From positions 37,200,001 through 37,264,000 of the forward strand of contig OX597829.1 of NCBI GenBank assembly GCA_951406725.2: 64,000 nucleotides of DNA. Direction: 5' to 3'. The first letter of the stretch is position 1. Every line of letters begins with the position of its first letter. This document shows, in pieces, positions 51,040 through 64,000 of this stretch. The position numbers and the translations under genes are program-made. Below the pieces are notes generated by a model. The model did not search any database. It was not told the DNA's origin and worked only from the letters and a program-made list of their open reading frames with translations. The DNA is from Octopus vulgaris (taxonomy: Eukaryota).

Positions 51040-52540
51040 TACTGGGTCTTTGAATTACAATTAGAGCCATCATCATGTCCATTAAGTTTGCTGGGCCTAC
51101 ATACATTGTATCAATTAACAATCGAGGTGAGATTTTTGCAGCAAAAGCAGCTAATTTTCAGAATTCTTCTGTTAAAAATTTTATGATACTTATGGACCCT
51201 GAAAAATATCTAGATACTAAATTTAGATATTCTTTTGTTACATTACTCCTGACATTTATTCTAAATGTAGGGTTGAACCACAAGACCTTTCTAGTTCAAC
51301 ATAATGAGTCTGCTTGGAGAAGTCGTTATTCTTAAAGGTATCATTGTATCGTGAAGAGGAATTGTTAAAAGTTGTTGCATCTGATGATGATGATGATGAA
51401 ATGTTAATATGTTCTAAAATATGCAGGATGGGTGATTGGAACCCTTATTAATGTACTGACTAGTTTCCTGAAGTTAGTGCAGTAGATCACTATGTCATTT
51501 GCATCACAAAATTCCAGCAGCCTTGTTCTTCCTCATTTCTTGAACCAAAGCTGTAACATAGAAATACACCATAAAATTCATTTGTCAATCAACATTGAAG
51601 AAAGGGCATTATTGCGAAAGAGCATCATAGAAATGGTCTTTCCTTTCACTTGCCAGTTCAGCATGTAAAGCATATGTGAAGATATTACAAAAACTGGTAG
51701 AATACCTTTTCATTAGGCTTACAATAAGGCCAAAAATTGTTGGATTGCAGGTCTAAAGTGATATCTAAAAAGTTGACATTACCAAGGTTCGTGTCACCTC
51801 TAAGTGCATGCATAGGAAGAAAACAATAAGGTCCTTCCTAAACCTATTGGGCTCATGTCCATTCATGTTGCTGGTAACAATAGGGCCATCATTCATATAT
51901 ATACCAACATCTAAATATAGGAATTATGTATGTAGACAGCTCAGAAATATGCCCCTATAACCTTGTATAATTCTGCTCCATCATATGCACCCATAGACAC
52001 AGTGAACCTTGCATAGCCATTTTTCTTGACCCAGGTAGAGCCATTAAAAACCAGTAATGATTTTCTGGTATGTAAGATGATATTAATGTTTGAGCCACTG
52101 ATAGATACATTAGCAAAATCCAAGACTTTAAGTGGTAGAGATCTTGTTGTTGATGAGTAAAAGTCCATGATATCAAACTAACTAAATTTACAATTTTGTT
52201 TATTGTTAGTATTTATTTCTTTATTGCCCACAAGGGGCTAAACATAGAGGGGACAAACAAGGACAGACAAATGGATTAAGTCGATTATATTCGACTCCAG
52301 TGCGTAACTAGTACTTAATTTATTGACCCCGAAAGGATGAAAGGCAAAGTCGACCTCAAGTTTATTGTTAGTATTCTTAAACAGACATGCTGTTGTCCCA
52401 TAAAGAGAAGATCTATAATATTTCTAACCAGGAGTAAAATGGAATCTAAAATATTTTTAGTTGCATTACTTATTTTGGCCTTGGAGAAATCAACAAAGAG
52501 CAGAACTGTATTAAGGTTTTTGGCTCATACTCCTCCCAAC
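51040..52540 (-). pseudogene. Penelope-like RT remnant
   Basis: DFYSS..LHTRKSLLVF..WVKK..FTVSMGAYDGAE (51941-52168) and RKVLWFNPTF..HKYHKIFN (about 51150-51295). Confidence 0.8.
52214..52359 (-). mobile_element. 5'-truncated family B SINE
   Basis: 16-bp TSD GTTTATTGTTAGTATT at 52198-52213 and 52360-52375. Confidence 0.88.
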
Positions 52541-52559
52541 ATCCTCCTGACTGCAAGAA

Positions 52560-52881
52560 TTTGACCAGATGCAGAGCAGTTCTTCCTGAATCCATTTGCA
52601 TTGCTCAACATCTCTTGGAGAGAGCACCCAGCAAAACAACAGTTATATGGGAATGTACCAACTCTCTCATCAACCATCCAAGAGCAGAGATTGAGTAATG
52701 TGTTGCTGTGAACACCAAATCATGGTACCACAGCGGTTGAATGACCATGGAAGATGTATATACAACAGCTTGCAGAAAATTATGGATGCCAAGTTGAAGA
52801 CCTAAAAACAGTAATGGAAAATCGGGAGGGATGGAGAGAGGTAGTCAGGTTGGCCCAAGCAATCAGCCTGACCGGATGATG
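52560..52881 (+). mobile_element. Decayed RTE 3' end related to 553-1569
   Basis: LNISWREHPAKQQLYGNVPTLS, compared with QNLSWKHHPTKMQIYGKLPPVS in the 553 copy. GATGATG tail. Confidence 0.7.
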
Positions 52882-54077
52882 CCTCAATTTTAAAAAAAAA
52901 CTTATTTTAGTTGTAATTATAAGCTTATATTTAGGGTTGCTCTTAAAGGTAGCTTTGTGGTCCTTAAGAGTAATAAAAGATTTTATTGTAACTTTTAATT
53001 TCTAAAAGGGTTTTTTTAATCATTTATTGTATTCTGTTGTCTTATATTCATGAGTATAGATGATTTATTCTGCTTTTAATTCAATTTTGATTCACTTTAA
53101 ATGCTATGTTTTCCTGTTAATTGCTTTTTATCCAACAGATTCCTGTTATTTTGAATAGTAATAATTCCCTGTTCAATCATCTTTAAATGTTATTTGATGA
53201 GAAGCTAAATAATAATATGCTTATAAATCATAGTATTATTCTAAATGCCCAATAATGGATGTAAATGTGTACCACTTTACATCCATTATTGCTAGAAATA
53301 ACAGGCAAATCTCTGAAAAAAATATTTTATCCAAAATTTCAGCTTTTGTAAATTATTCCCTTCCCATGTCCATCCCTTTTTCCTGAGCCATAGATCTACG
53401 TAAGACGTGTGTTCAGAGGGTACCCATCCTATGAGAAACACTGACATCTAGAAGACCTTGATGTGGTCTCTCAATATGCTACAAATAATAGCAATATCTT
53501 CCACAAGCCATGTGCATATCCCATTGTCTTTCTTGTTATTTATTTATTTACTTCTTAAATTCCTTCTGGTTCCATTTCAACAAAGAAGATTCCATTTTTC
53601 GGAAAAGAAAAGAAATAAGCTGATGAAAAAGCAATCACATTTCAAATTTCAAATTTACCCCACCCCTACCAATGGTTCAGAAAAAAATTTATTTTATTTT
53701 CATTCTCACCAATAAACCAATAATACATATATTCTGATTGTTCTGATTTACTTTCATCCTTGCATATTCACAGATATCCAACATCATAGGGTATCATAAA
53801 ATACAAAATTGATCAAGAAATGAAAGGATAGTAAGACATGTATATGTCATTGGATTTAAGTGACAAAGGCTTGTACAACATTTTTACCACTCTTGCAGTT
53901 GCCTTTGTAGGTTCCAGTGACAAGTAATGCAAGGTGACCGGTACTATTTTGACTGCAAGTTTTATGCCAGAGTATCTTTCTCCTAGAAAAGCTGCCTTCT
54001 CTATCGCTTTGTCAAAAATAATGGAAAATCCACCCTGGGAAATCTATTTAACCTATATACAAACATATATACATACA

Positions 54078-54310
54078 TATTTCTTTACTACCCATAAGGG
54101 GCTAAACACGAGAGGACAAACAAGGACAGACAAACAGATTAAGTCGATTATATCGACCCCAGTGTGTAACTAGTACTTATTTAATCAACCCCGAAAGGAT
54201 GATAGGCAAAGTCAACCTCGGCGGAATTTGAACTCAGAACGTAGCGGCAGACGAAATGCTGCTAAGCATTTTGCCCTGTGTGCTAACGATTCTGCCAGCT
54301 CGCCGCCTTT
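54078..54310 (-). mobile_element. Family B SINE
   Basis: Matches family B. Flanked by TATACATACATA. Confidence 0.85.
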
Positions 54311-55139
54311 ATACATACATACATACATATACACAAGCACACATACATACACAAACATAATTGTTATTTCAACAAAATATTCCGTTTCACCTATAGCTCA
54401 TTGAGAACTGAGGAGCTTAAAATTTTGGAAGAATTTGTTGCAAGACTGTTTATTCACCATTGTAGTGGCAATTGCTTGTTAGTGTGTTTTATCATTGAAG
54501 ACCATCATTGTGTGGTCTGCCTGGCTGCATGTATAATAAATGAAGTAAACTTGCAAACTTTTAACCTTTAATATATTTATTGATGGACATGTTTTACTGT
54601 ATTGACTATTTACAGGAGAAACATGCTGATCTATAACTACCAACTGGGAGGAGAGAATCCTGCTGTATCTTGGAGAAGGTTAGCTAGGCTACATTGTGTG
54701 TGAGTCTCCAAAGTCTTTTCTAACTTGATATGGTCAGTTTGAGTGCCAAAAGTGATCTGCTCTTAGCATTTTCCTTCTGTGAGTGCCCAAGATGGTCTAC
54801 ATGAATGCCCAAAGTTGTCTGACTAAGTTAGGTGCCAATCGGGTTTTTGGAGGGTGAAAACAGGGTGAATTTTAGATCATCCAAAGAACCATATCATACC
54901 TCAGTTTCCTGTTGTTTTAGTTGATTTATAAATCAATCAAGTGAAACTGAGGGGGTGCTTACTCATAATCGCTAACTGAATGTCATGTGTTTGGGGGTTC
55001 AAATCCCTACAAGTTAATTTATAACGTATGCCAAGAAAGAAAGAAGAAAACAAATTACGAGAAATCATACAGACATTCATATACATATACATGCAAGCAT
55101 GCACATGAGCATGCTCACACACATACTCATGCACACGCA

Positions 55140-55295
<156 letters not shown>

Positions 55296-55439
55296 TTATA
55301 ACTAAAAGGCTCTGATTTCCAGTACTCGGAGTCTCTTGTTTCTGATCATCAACCAGTAAATCAAACCTGCTTTTCTTTTGAATATCCACTGTCTGAATAT
55401 TTTTTTGAAGTATGAAATGAATTGTTCGAAGTAAATGCT

Positions 55440-55790
55440 TATGAGGTCTGATCAAAAGTATCAGAACTGGTGCTATAAAAAAAACAAAAAAAAACCTACA
55501 ACATATATCAATTTGCCATTTAAAATCCTTTGAAGAAGTAGTCTCATTCTGAAGCCACATAGATGGAAGCATCCCAAGAACTACTTTTGGGGGGGGGGGG
55601 AATAGTGAGCAGCTGCCTCATCGCATCCCTCTCAAGTTGGATTTTGATTTCTGGAAACAGGAAAATGTCACAAGGAGCGAGGTATCAGGAATATAGTTGT
55701 CGTTGGACCTTGGGAATGTTGTGGTTGGCCAAAAACTGCTGCACAAGCTGTGCTGAATGCAAGGGTACAGGAACAGGAATTTTGTGAGGG
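55440..55790 (-). mobile_element. mariner-derived remnant, partly duplicated at 60468-60646
   Basis: TIR-like TATGAGGTCTGATCAAAAGTATC. Shared block TTGCCATTTAAAATCCTTTGAAGAAGTAGTCTCATTCTGAAGCCACAT. Confidence 0.6.
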
Positions 55791-56069
55791 TGCAAAATTC
55801 ACTATTGCACTTCTTTCCTTTCCCAGGCTTAGAAAACAAGAATAAAGAACTAAAATATATAAAAAGAAAACCCCCAAAATCCATAGAAAGACATATTACT
55901 GAACTAAAGCATCCTCAACATTAAAATTAAAATTATATATATATATATATACACATATACATATAACAACAACAACCATGGCCACTCCTGAATACTAGCA
56001 CAATTGATGAACTGTTAAATAAAGAGACCTTCACAGTTCAGCTATCCACTTTCTCATTTCTTCAAAATA

Positions 56070-56300
56070 TATTTCTTTACTGCCCACAAGGGGCTAAACA
56101 TAGAGGGGACAAACAAGGACAGACAAAGGGATTAAGTCGATTACATCGACTCCAGTGCGTAACTGGTACTTAATTTATCGACCCTGAAAGGATGAAAGGT
56201 AAAGTTGACCTCGGCGGAATTTGAACTCAGAACGTAACGGCAGACGAAATACGGCTACGCATTTTCGCCCGGCGCGCTAACGTCTCTGCCAGCTCGCCGC
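56070..56300 (-). mobile_element. Family B SINE
   Basis: TSD CTCATTTC(T/C)TCAAAATA. Confidence 0.88.
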
Positions 56301-57299
56301 CTCATTTCCTCAAAATACCACAAGTGACTCATCATCATCATTGTCATTATGTTCTACTGTTATTACCCTTTACTGCAACTAAAGTATAGCAACAACAAGA
56401 CCAGCACTGGAAGTCACTCTTCAATGCTAGAACAATTGATGCCCTATTAAACAACACAGTCTCTAGCTCTTCTCTACAGTCAGGCCACTCAAATTTTTTC
56501 TCAGAATAATACGAGACTTATCATCACCATTTGTCAAACTATTCTACTGCTACTACCATTACCACTACTACTACTTCAATTAGTGAAGAACTACTGTTTT
56601 CTCCTCCCACCACTGTCCAATAAATCTGCCAACTGTAAATAAAATAAATTATGAACACACAAAACCACAAAATATGCTGCTATTTTCAATGCGTGAGACT
56701 ATTCATAACCAGTGATTGTAGCTTCACCCATTTACCTGGAACAAGCTGTGCAATGTGCACAAGGAATACCAGCCAACACCAAACCATACATCTTACAACA
56801 CCACCACCACTACTAAATGCTAAATCACACTAAATAACTTCTACACATGTAACCTGGAATCCTAAAATCTGTTCCTATTCCTAACAAGAAAGATTATGTC
56901 TGATGTGTGACTGTCCTTTCACTCATCTCCCAGGGACACGATGTACTTATAAAAGCATGATACTAAACCACCACCAAATCCACAGTAGAAACATCCCTTA
57001 TAGTGGTAGTGATAGTCCATACTTGAATTGAAATCCAGAAGTCACCCAGATATCTACTTGGTACAATAGTAAAATCAATAACCACAAACCATATAACTAT
57101 AACCATATTCTGCAGTGCGACCATACTAACTCCAGACAACAACCCCTCCCAAAACAAGAAATTTCTTTAATAGCGATGATAAATCTGGCAAAAGAAATAA
57201 AAAAAACTTCTAGCTCACATACAGCACCAACCACTGCTATTACCCCAGTGCACGACTACACCATTACTGTCATTAACCCACAAGCACAACTCAATAATA

Positions 57300-58140
57300 A
57301 TGCTGAATATACAAGGTCATTACACGTCACAAATCAAACAAAAGCAAGAGAGACCTTGTACAACGAAAAGACAATATGTGCAGCACTGAATGAGATGCAC
57401 CTGACCCCAGACATATTGGTTGTGGAAGTTTATATGTTCATATGGCAGAACTGACTACAGAATACAGAAACAAGGAGAAATAGTGATCTTCATCCAAGAA
57501 GACCTGGCAACAAATGTCGTCTTCTCTCACTCCAACACAGTGTTGGTGCAGGAGTGGCTGTGTGGTAAGTAGCTTGCTAACCACCCACATGGTTCCAGGT
57601 TCAGTCCCACTGCGTGGCATCTTGGGCAAGTGTCTTCTGCTATAGCTCCAGGCCGACCAATGCCTTGTGAGTGAATTTGGTAGATGGAAACTGAAAGAAG
57701 CCCGTCGTATATATGTATATATATATATGTGTGTGTGTGTGTCTGTGTTTGTCCCCCTAGCATTGCTTGACAACCAATGCTGGTGTGTTTATGTCTCCGT
57801 AACTTAGCGGTTTGGCAAAAGAGACCAATAGAATAAGTACTGGCCTTACAAAGAATAAGTCCCGGGGTCGATTTGCTCGTCTAAAGGCGGTGCTCCAGCA
57901 TGGCCGCAGTCAAATGACTGAAACAAGTATAAGAGTATAAGAGTATAAGAGTATAAGAGTGTATTATACGCTAATAATACATGTGATTGACCTCAATTTG
58001 ATCATATGCATTACGTACAGTCTTCCTGATGCAGCAAACCATGGAGATCACAAAAGATGTTTTGTCGCTCGTAAGTCAAATCACAAATGAGGCCAGCCCA
58101 TAGGTCAATGTACTTTTAGCAAGAGACTTTAATTATCCTA
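57300..58140 (+). pseudogene. CR1-like endonuclease remnant split by a SINE
   Basis: AALNEMHLTPDI and VLLARDFNYP (GDFN-like). Confidence 0.45.
57545..57960 (+). mobile_element. Family A SINE with a (TATAAGAG)n tail
   Basis: Matches family A. Confidence 0.88.
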
Positions 58141-58380
58141 GTCTCGGTCTTGTCAGTAGATTTGATAGACAGAAATGAACCCATTGCACGCGCGTGCGCG
58201 TTGTGTTGTACATGTATATATATATATATATATATATACGATATAGTATATTTAAACACATAAGGAATCCACTTATAGGAATTCAACATGCTGGAAAGAG
58301 CAGCTAGGTTCTATAACCACAAAAATTAGGGATAAAATTCAACAGGAACGAATTGAAAAACGAAAAAAACATTTTACCAT

Positions 58381-58468
58381 CTAGTTTCCTGGACCAATTG
58401 GTTTCTGATTTTACTTTAGTGAGTCAAGGAACTCACTAGGTGCAATTTTCTTCAGCAGGACCACCTAG
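58381..58468 (-). ncRNA. Type I minimal hammerhead ribozyme motif in a short (TA)n-embedded element (about 58240-58572)
   Basis: UCCUG-CUGAAGA-[stem II with UAGUGAGU/ACUCACUA]-GAAA-CCAAUUGG-UC-CAGGA. The base pair closing stem II is decayed. Confidence 0.72.
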
Positions 58469-58959
58469 GGTTAAACGTATATACACGGGATGATCAAAGC
58501 TACTTGCCCTGTGTTTATACGTTCTAACTTTTTCAAAATCTACTGTGCAGCCATAGTCCTTCTCAGCAGTCCTATATATATATCCACATACACACATACA
58601 CACAAGTATATATAATTTTTTAAAAATTCATCTAATGACATAACGTAATAGGTCTGTACTATAAGTGCTCAAGTTCATTTACCACTAAAATTCCTGCTTG
58701 AACAGCAGTTGAAACAGAGGTGTTGTTGAAGCTGTCTATCAAAGATGGCTATAAGTGGTTCATCATTGATCTGGTAGATATATATTAGAAAGAGAGATGA
58801 ACAAGTAAAACATGTGGTGCCACTTTAGAACATGTAATTTGTAATTCAAACATAATTGCAGAGTGGTTATAGTATATAAGGGATTAAGAAATAATAGTTA
58901 AAGTTTATTACAGTTGTTTCTAGAATAGCTGAGCATGTGGATCATATGTCATTGAACAA

Positions 58960-60147
58960 AGATTTTCATGCAAGTCAACTATACCGTCTTTGGAGAGAAA
59001 GAATTCAGGAATATCTTTAATAAAGGATATTAATTGTTACCAGTTCATCGAAGAATTACAGAACATACTTAGGGTAAGATAATAGTGGTTAGCACTTTCA
59101 TGATCAGAGAGTTAAGGAAATCCTTAGTAAAAGATAATAGCAGTTCACTGTTCTGTTTTTGAAGGATCAAGGAATAACCTTAGTAAAAGAAGTTACTAGT
59201 TCCATTTTTGAAGAAAAAGTTAACACATATCACAGGAAACTTTGTAAATCTCATCAAAGAACTTGCAGAAGAGTGTGGTAAAAACGAGTTAATTTCCTAT
59301 CTGATACCATACAAAATGAAATCTTAGAGGCATATGATCATAACACCCTAAATGAGATCAGAAAAAAAAGGTTGAAGATTCTATGTTTATTGGCATTATA
59401 TGTGATTGCTCAGGCACGGAACAAGAATTAACTATTGTCATTATGTTTCTGGAAACCAAGATGTCCATGAAGATTTTCTTCTGACTACACTTCGGAGACA
59501 CTAGCTAAGGTTATTCTGGATGTTTTTTTGTTGCCTAAACATTGAGCTGAGTTCAAAATTACGCTGCCTTTGCCTTTGAGGGTACATGTACCATGAGCAG
59601 AAACATTTCAGACATACAAAAGAGATTAAAATACATGTTTACTGGTACATATTTTGTACACTGTGGAAACCATTCCCTGGTGCTTGTCCTCCGAGAAATT
59701 GGATCTAGGGTTGTTATGGTTACTGATGCATTGAACTTTGTTCACCAAATCACCATTCTTCTGAAAGCGCTATGGACCAGGCTTTGTGATGAATATGTCA
59801 TCATATTGGAAGCCTGTGTCTGTTGCATCAAGTGAGAGAATGTTCAGCACACTTTGCTGGTTGAAGTCCTGACGCAACATCGTCTGGCACATTGTGCTGT
59901 GACGCGTGTATATCAAAACATGTGCAATAAAAACACTTTGGACATTCTCATGTAAAACTTCACTGCCAAAACGAACAAGTACAGAAAATTTTTTGGAGTG
60001 ATTGGAAGCATTACTTTTCCATGTATAATAATAAAAACTATGTGTTTGTTTTGATATTAAGATTGAAAAAGATCGGTCTTATTTATATAAAAAAAATTTA
60101 GACCTGAATTCACACCACCTAAGCAAATTTCGATCCCGGGCGACTGG
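58960..60147 (+). pseudogene. hAT transposase remnant (ZMYM1/P52rIPK-like)
   Basis: TIQNEILE, FVHCGNHSLVLVL and a C-terminal ERMFSTL (hATC dimerisation-like). Many stops. Confidence 0.7.
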
Positions 60148-60975
60148 TTAAATGAGCAACTGCATCGTTATGGTGGAGTTGCCACTCACCGGACGCATGC
60201 AATTCTGTCCGACAAAAACACTCTACACATTTTACGCCCAAGCACTGCTACAAACAATGGAAGTGAGAACATAATGTAGTGTGCTTACGCCGCAGGATTC
60301 AAGGTCATTCTGTACCAAGCGGCTTCACTGTGTTCTTTAGCTCTGCTACCAAAGCAACAAACCTATTAGATCAGACTTCGTATCTTTATGTTCTTATGTT
60401 TGACAGTTCTCGTGTTTGAATACCTTTTTGAATGACATACACGAAAACGGCTGCTCAAACTCACACGTTGCCATTTAAAATCCTTTGAAGAAGTAGTCTC
60501 ATTCTGAAGCCACATTGATGGAAGCATCCCAGGAACTACTTTTGTGTGTATGTGTGTGCGTTGGGGTGGAAATAGTGAGCAGCGAGGTCTCAGGAATATA
60601 GTTGTCGTTGGACCTGGGGAATGTTGTGGTTGGCCAAAAACTGCTGTATGTGAGTCTTCGAAGAATCAACACCATAGAGCAACGATTCCGCAGCTAGTAT
60701 TTTTGTTGTTGACGTATATATATATAGTTTCAAAATGCCTTATCTGGGTTGCATGGTAATACTATAAACTTCATAAAGACCATAACAAGTGAAGTCATGG
60801 AATTGCGTTGCTGTTTAAGCATACATAGAGACATATGTACACTGATAGACACATTTATACACAGGATTATATAATCATGTACACAAATACATATTTTAAA
60901 ATATATATCAGTAAAACCTATTATTAAACATTTCAAATCCAACGTGCCAAATTTAACTCGAACTCTCTGTATACA

Positions 60976-61198
60976 GAAGGTAGCGAGCTGGCAGAAACGT
61001 TAGCACGCCAGGCGAAATGCGTGGCCGTATTTCGTCTGTCGTTACGTTCTGAGTTCAAATTCCGCTGAGGTCGACTTTGCCTTTCATCCTTTCGGGGTCG
61101 ATAAATTAAGTACCAGTTACACACTGGGGTCGATGTAATCGACTTAATCCCTTGTTTGTCCTCTCTGTGTTTAGCCCCTTGTGGGTAGTAAAGAAATA
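60976..61198 (+). mobile_element. Family B SINE
   Basis: Matches family B. Confidence 0.87.
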
Positions 61199-61297
61199 TA
61201 TAGAAGGTGGATTCCAGAAGTTTTGAGACTTTTTTTTTAGGAGAGGAAGTTATAACTGTCTTTGATTATTGCAATTTTAATATATCATTACTATACA

Positions 61298-61760
61298 TCT
61301 CTATATATAAACGGCAAAATGTGTGTGTGTGTATGTATCCTTTATACAAATCCACAATTTTTCAGTTAGAGTGCTCGCACTTTCTATGGTCATTCAAAAC
61401 CGTCCAAGGGTGGTTGTGAAGATCTTTTCATTTCCCCAGTTACCATTGAAGGCTATTAAAAAAAAATCGATAAACAGACTCCATATGTTTCAGTTAACAA
61501 AAATCTTTAATACAAGGGACGTAACTCCAGCAGATATTAAACCATAGCAAGGGAAATAACTCTTTAAAACTCTGCATTTCCCTCCCTTTGTTATGTATCA
61601 CACCTCTTTGGCTTTCAAACGTGTATGTTTTATTGATTTGAGAAATGCAGGGAATAATTAACGAGTTAGACCAAGTGAATGACAAGAGAGCAGGATTTTC
61701 ATGCATGACCAAATATGCTTGACTAGCACAAGACCCGACAACGCAGGGTCATAGTTCTAG
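61298..61760 (+). mobile_element. Non-autonomous Helitron, short H1 variant
   Basis: A|TCTCTATATATAAACGGC ... GACCCGACAACGCAGGGTC ATAGTTCTAG|T. Confidence 0.88.
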
Positions 61761-61859
61761 TCTAGAATAAGCTAACCTGCCAAATTTATGGTTCCGGAGT
61801 GAAGGAGGCAGCTGTAACAACATTTTGAACAAATCTTACTAAACACTGCTTGTCACAAA

Positions 61860-62490
61860 TGATTAGTTTGCAGAAAGCAGTTGGAGCATGTGGAAGTTGC
61901 TGTGCAATAAAAGTTTGCGTTAAACTGGACAGAAATGCTGCAGAAACTTATGAAATATTCCCAAACTTGTATGACCCAAACGTTTGTTTTTCACTAGCAC
62001 AAGAGTCAAGGCAAATTAAGTCTACTGGTAAGCTCAGGACGATCCACTTTTTCGACAGTAAGGATATCTTCTATATCCATTGGGTTCCTTCTGATCAGTT
62101 TTATCAGTAAAGTGTACTTTGTGGAGGTTTTGAGGGAGTTGAGGAAGAGATTTCATTGTAAAAAGCCAGAGCACCTGCAGCAGGATAATGCGCCAGTCCA
62201 CAATTCCATTCTGGAAACCAACTACTCAACAGAGATGGGCATCAAAATTATTCCTCATTCTCCCTACAGTCCAGACCTTATTCCTTGTAACTTTTAATTA
62301 TTTTCTAAGATGACGGAGACTCTGAGAGGTGTCCTGAATATCTCACTATAAAGTAGTTCTATGGGGCTTTCACGGAATGCCTGGAGTACTACAAGTGCAC
62401 TAAAGTGAGCGCATCCTACTGTGAAGGAAATTCGTTTTGCACTTTGAAATTAATAAATGTCTTCCTTGGAAAAAATTTGAAAATATCTGG
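61860..62490 (+). pseudogene. mariner (DD34D) transposase remnant
   Basis: FFDSKDI..HWVP and QQDNAPVHNS...PHSPYSPDLIPCNF. Confidence 0.82.
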
Positions 62491-62774
62491 TATATATATA
62501 TATATATATATATATATCCCCTCTCTCTCTTTCGGAGAGGCACTGAGCAGCTATACGCACACATACACACACAGCAGTAACTACCACCTACCGAATTCAA
62601 TCACAAAGCTATTAATTTTCATTCCTTTCAAGAATTTATCCTTAATTAGTGGTTTGAGTTTTCTACTGCTCTTTCTACCACAAGGCTTTCCTATTTGGAA
62701 GCCTCTTGATGTATTATATATGTACATTTATATATACATGTATGTGTGTGAGTGTGTGAGTGTGTGTGTGTGTA

Positions 62775-63200
62775 CACGTTGAAAATCCTTTATCCGAAAT
62801 TCCAAAATCTGAAATTTTGTATGTTGACATGACAATCCTCAAATGGAAAATTGCTGGGAACGTTCCACCAAGATGATGTTATATCTCTTGACATATGCAA
62901 AAAAAATATATATTTTCAGAGTCCATCAGTAAACTCAAGCTTACTGATGGACTCTGAAAATAATTTTTTTTTTTTGCATATCTGAAGAGGATATTGAAGA
63001 AGTTCTTAACATCAATAATGATGCTCCAGTTGTTTGTTTCAATGACTGATAGTGAAATAGCTGAATTAAAGGAATGCTACAAAAAAATTCCCTTATTACT
63101 GACACAGATGGCACTGCATTGATTCTGGTGTCATTGTTTCATTACAAATATAATGCTGACATTTTCAGTTTACATTATATTTACCTGTGATCAAATTCTA
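62775..63200 (+). mobile_element. Tigger-like remnant containing a perfect hairpin
   Basis: TA|CACGTTGAAAATCCTTTATCCGAAATTCCAAAATCTGAAA TIR-like start, and an acidic tail EDIEEVLNINNDAPVV. Confidence 0.55.
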
Positions 63201-63221
63201 TGTTTTATTTTTATACGAAAA

Positions 63222-63967
63222 CTAGCACTATGACCCGACGTTGTCGGGTCTAGTGCTAGTCAAGCATATTTGGTCTTTCATGAAAATCCTGCTCTCTTGT
63301 CATTCACTTGGTCTAACTCATTAATTATTCCCTGCACTTCTCAAATCAAAGATGCTTGCACATTTGAAGGCCAAAACACATGATAACGCGTCTTCGCAAA
63401 ACACAAAAATGCACATAGTCATTACAGACTGTCTGCAAATGCACACGCGCATCCAACTGTCAGGTGTAAAATTATCTCTGTCCAATCAAAAAACAGACAT
63501 TTTGCCATTTATAGATATAGAGATTTTAAGCAAACATTTAGAAATTCTCTGGGAAACTGGAAAATCCAGAAATCCGGGACAGTTCCAGTCCTAAATTGGA
63601 TAAATTGGTCTGGTACAGTATTAAGGTGTGATACATAACAAAGGGAGGGAAATGCATAGTTTTAAAGAGTTATTTCCCTTGCTATGGTTTAATATCTTTA
63701 GATTAAACTGCTGGATTAAGTAAGTTGCATCTCTTGTGTTAAAGACTTTTGTTACCTGAAACATATGGGGTCAGTTTATCGATTTTTTTTTTAATGGCTT
63801 TCAGGGGTAACTGGGAAATGAAAAGATCTTCACAACCACCCTTGGACAGTTTTGAATGACCATAGAAAGTGCGAGCCCTGTAACTGAAAAATTGTGGATT
63901 TGTATAAAGGACACACACACATACACACACACACACACAGACATTTTGCCGTTTATATTTATAGAGA
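63222..63967 (-). mobile_element. Non-autonomous Helitron H1
   Basis: Near-identical to 5866-6547. TC start and hairpin-CTAG end. Confidence 0.88.
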
Positions 63968-64000
63968 TCTTAATGTTAGACAAAACAGGACTTTCTTGGT

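Noticed and set aside
54617-54678. Apparent exon TTTACAG|...AAG|GTTAG
   Set aside because: The translation YNYQLGGENPAVS resembles a decayed CR1 RT segment, and nothing else supports it.

Overview
AT-rich eukaryotic, non-coding, transposon-saturated DNA. The repeat families and the (TA)n/(CA)n microsatellite density suggest an octopus or other coleoid cephalopod genome (inference). No intact host protein-coding gene is recognisable. Most listed ORFs are microsatellite translations or decayed transposon fragments. The window holds decayed LINE pieces (RTE, CR1, R4-like), several Penelope-like (PLE) remnants (RT and GIY-YIG), a Helitron PIF1-helicase remnant with many non-autonomous Helitrons, Tc1/mariner, Tigger, hAT, piggyBac and Mutator-like elements, and 4-5 SINE families, many with clear target-site duplications (TSDs). 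Main signals: (i) minimal type-I hammerhead ribozyme motifs with palindromic stem III in PLE-derived, tail-out inverted-repeat elements sitting in (TA)n, including a putative U3-A8 covariant core; (ii) a TSD-bounded 2.1-kb retroelement encoding only a zinc-knuckle ORF1 (HAL1-like); (iii) a perfect YAG|GTAAGT recursive-splice-like site; (iv) many foldback structures that could form dsRNA; (v) a CpG-retaining patch near 60.2 kb with splice signals. All calls were made by eye, with no database searches.
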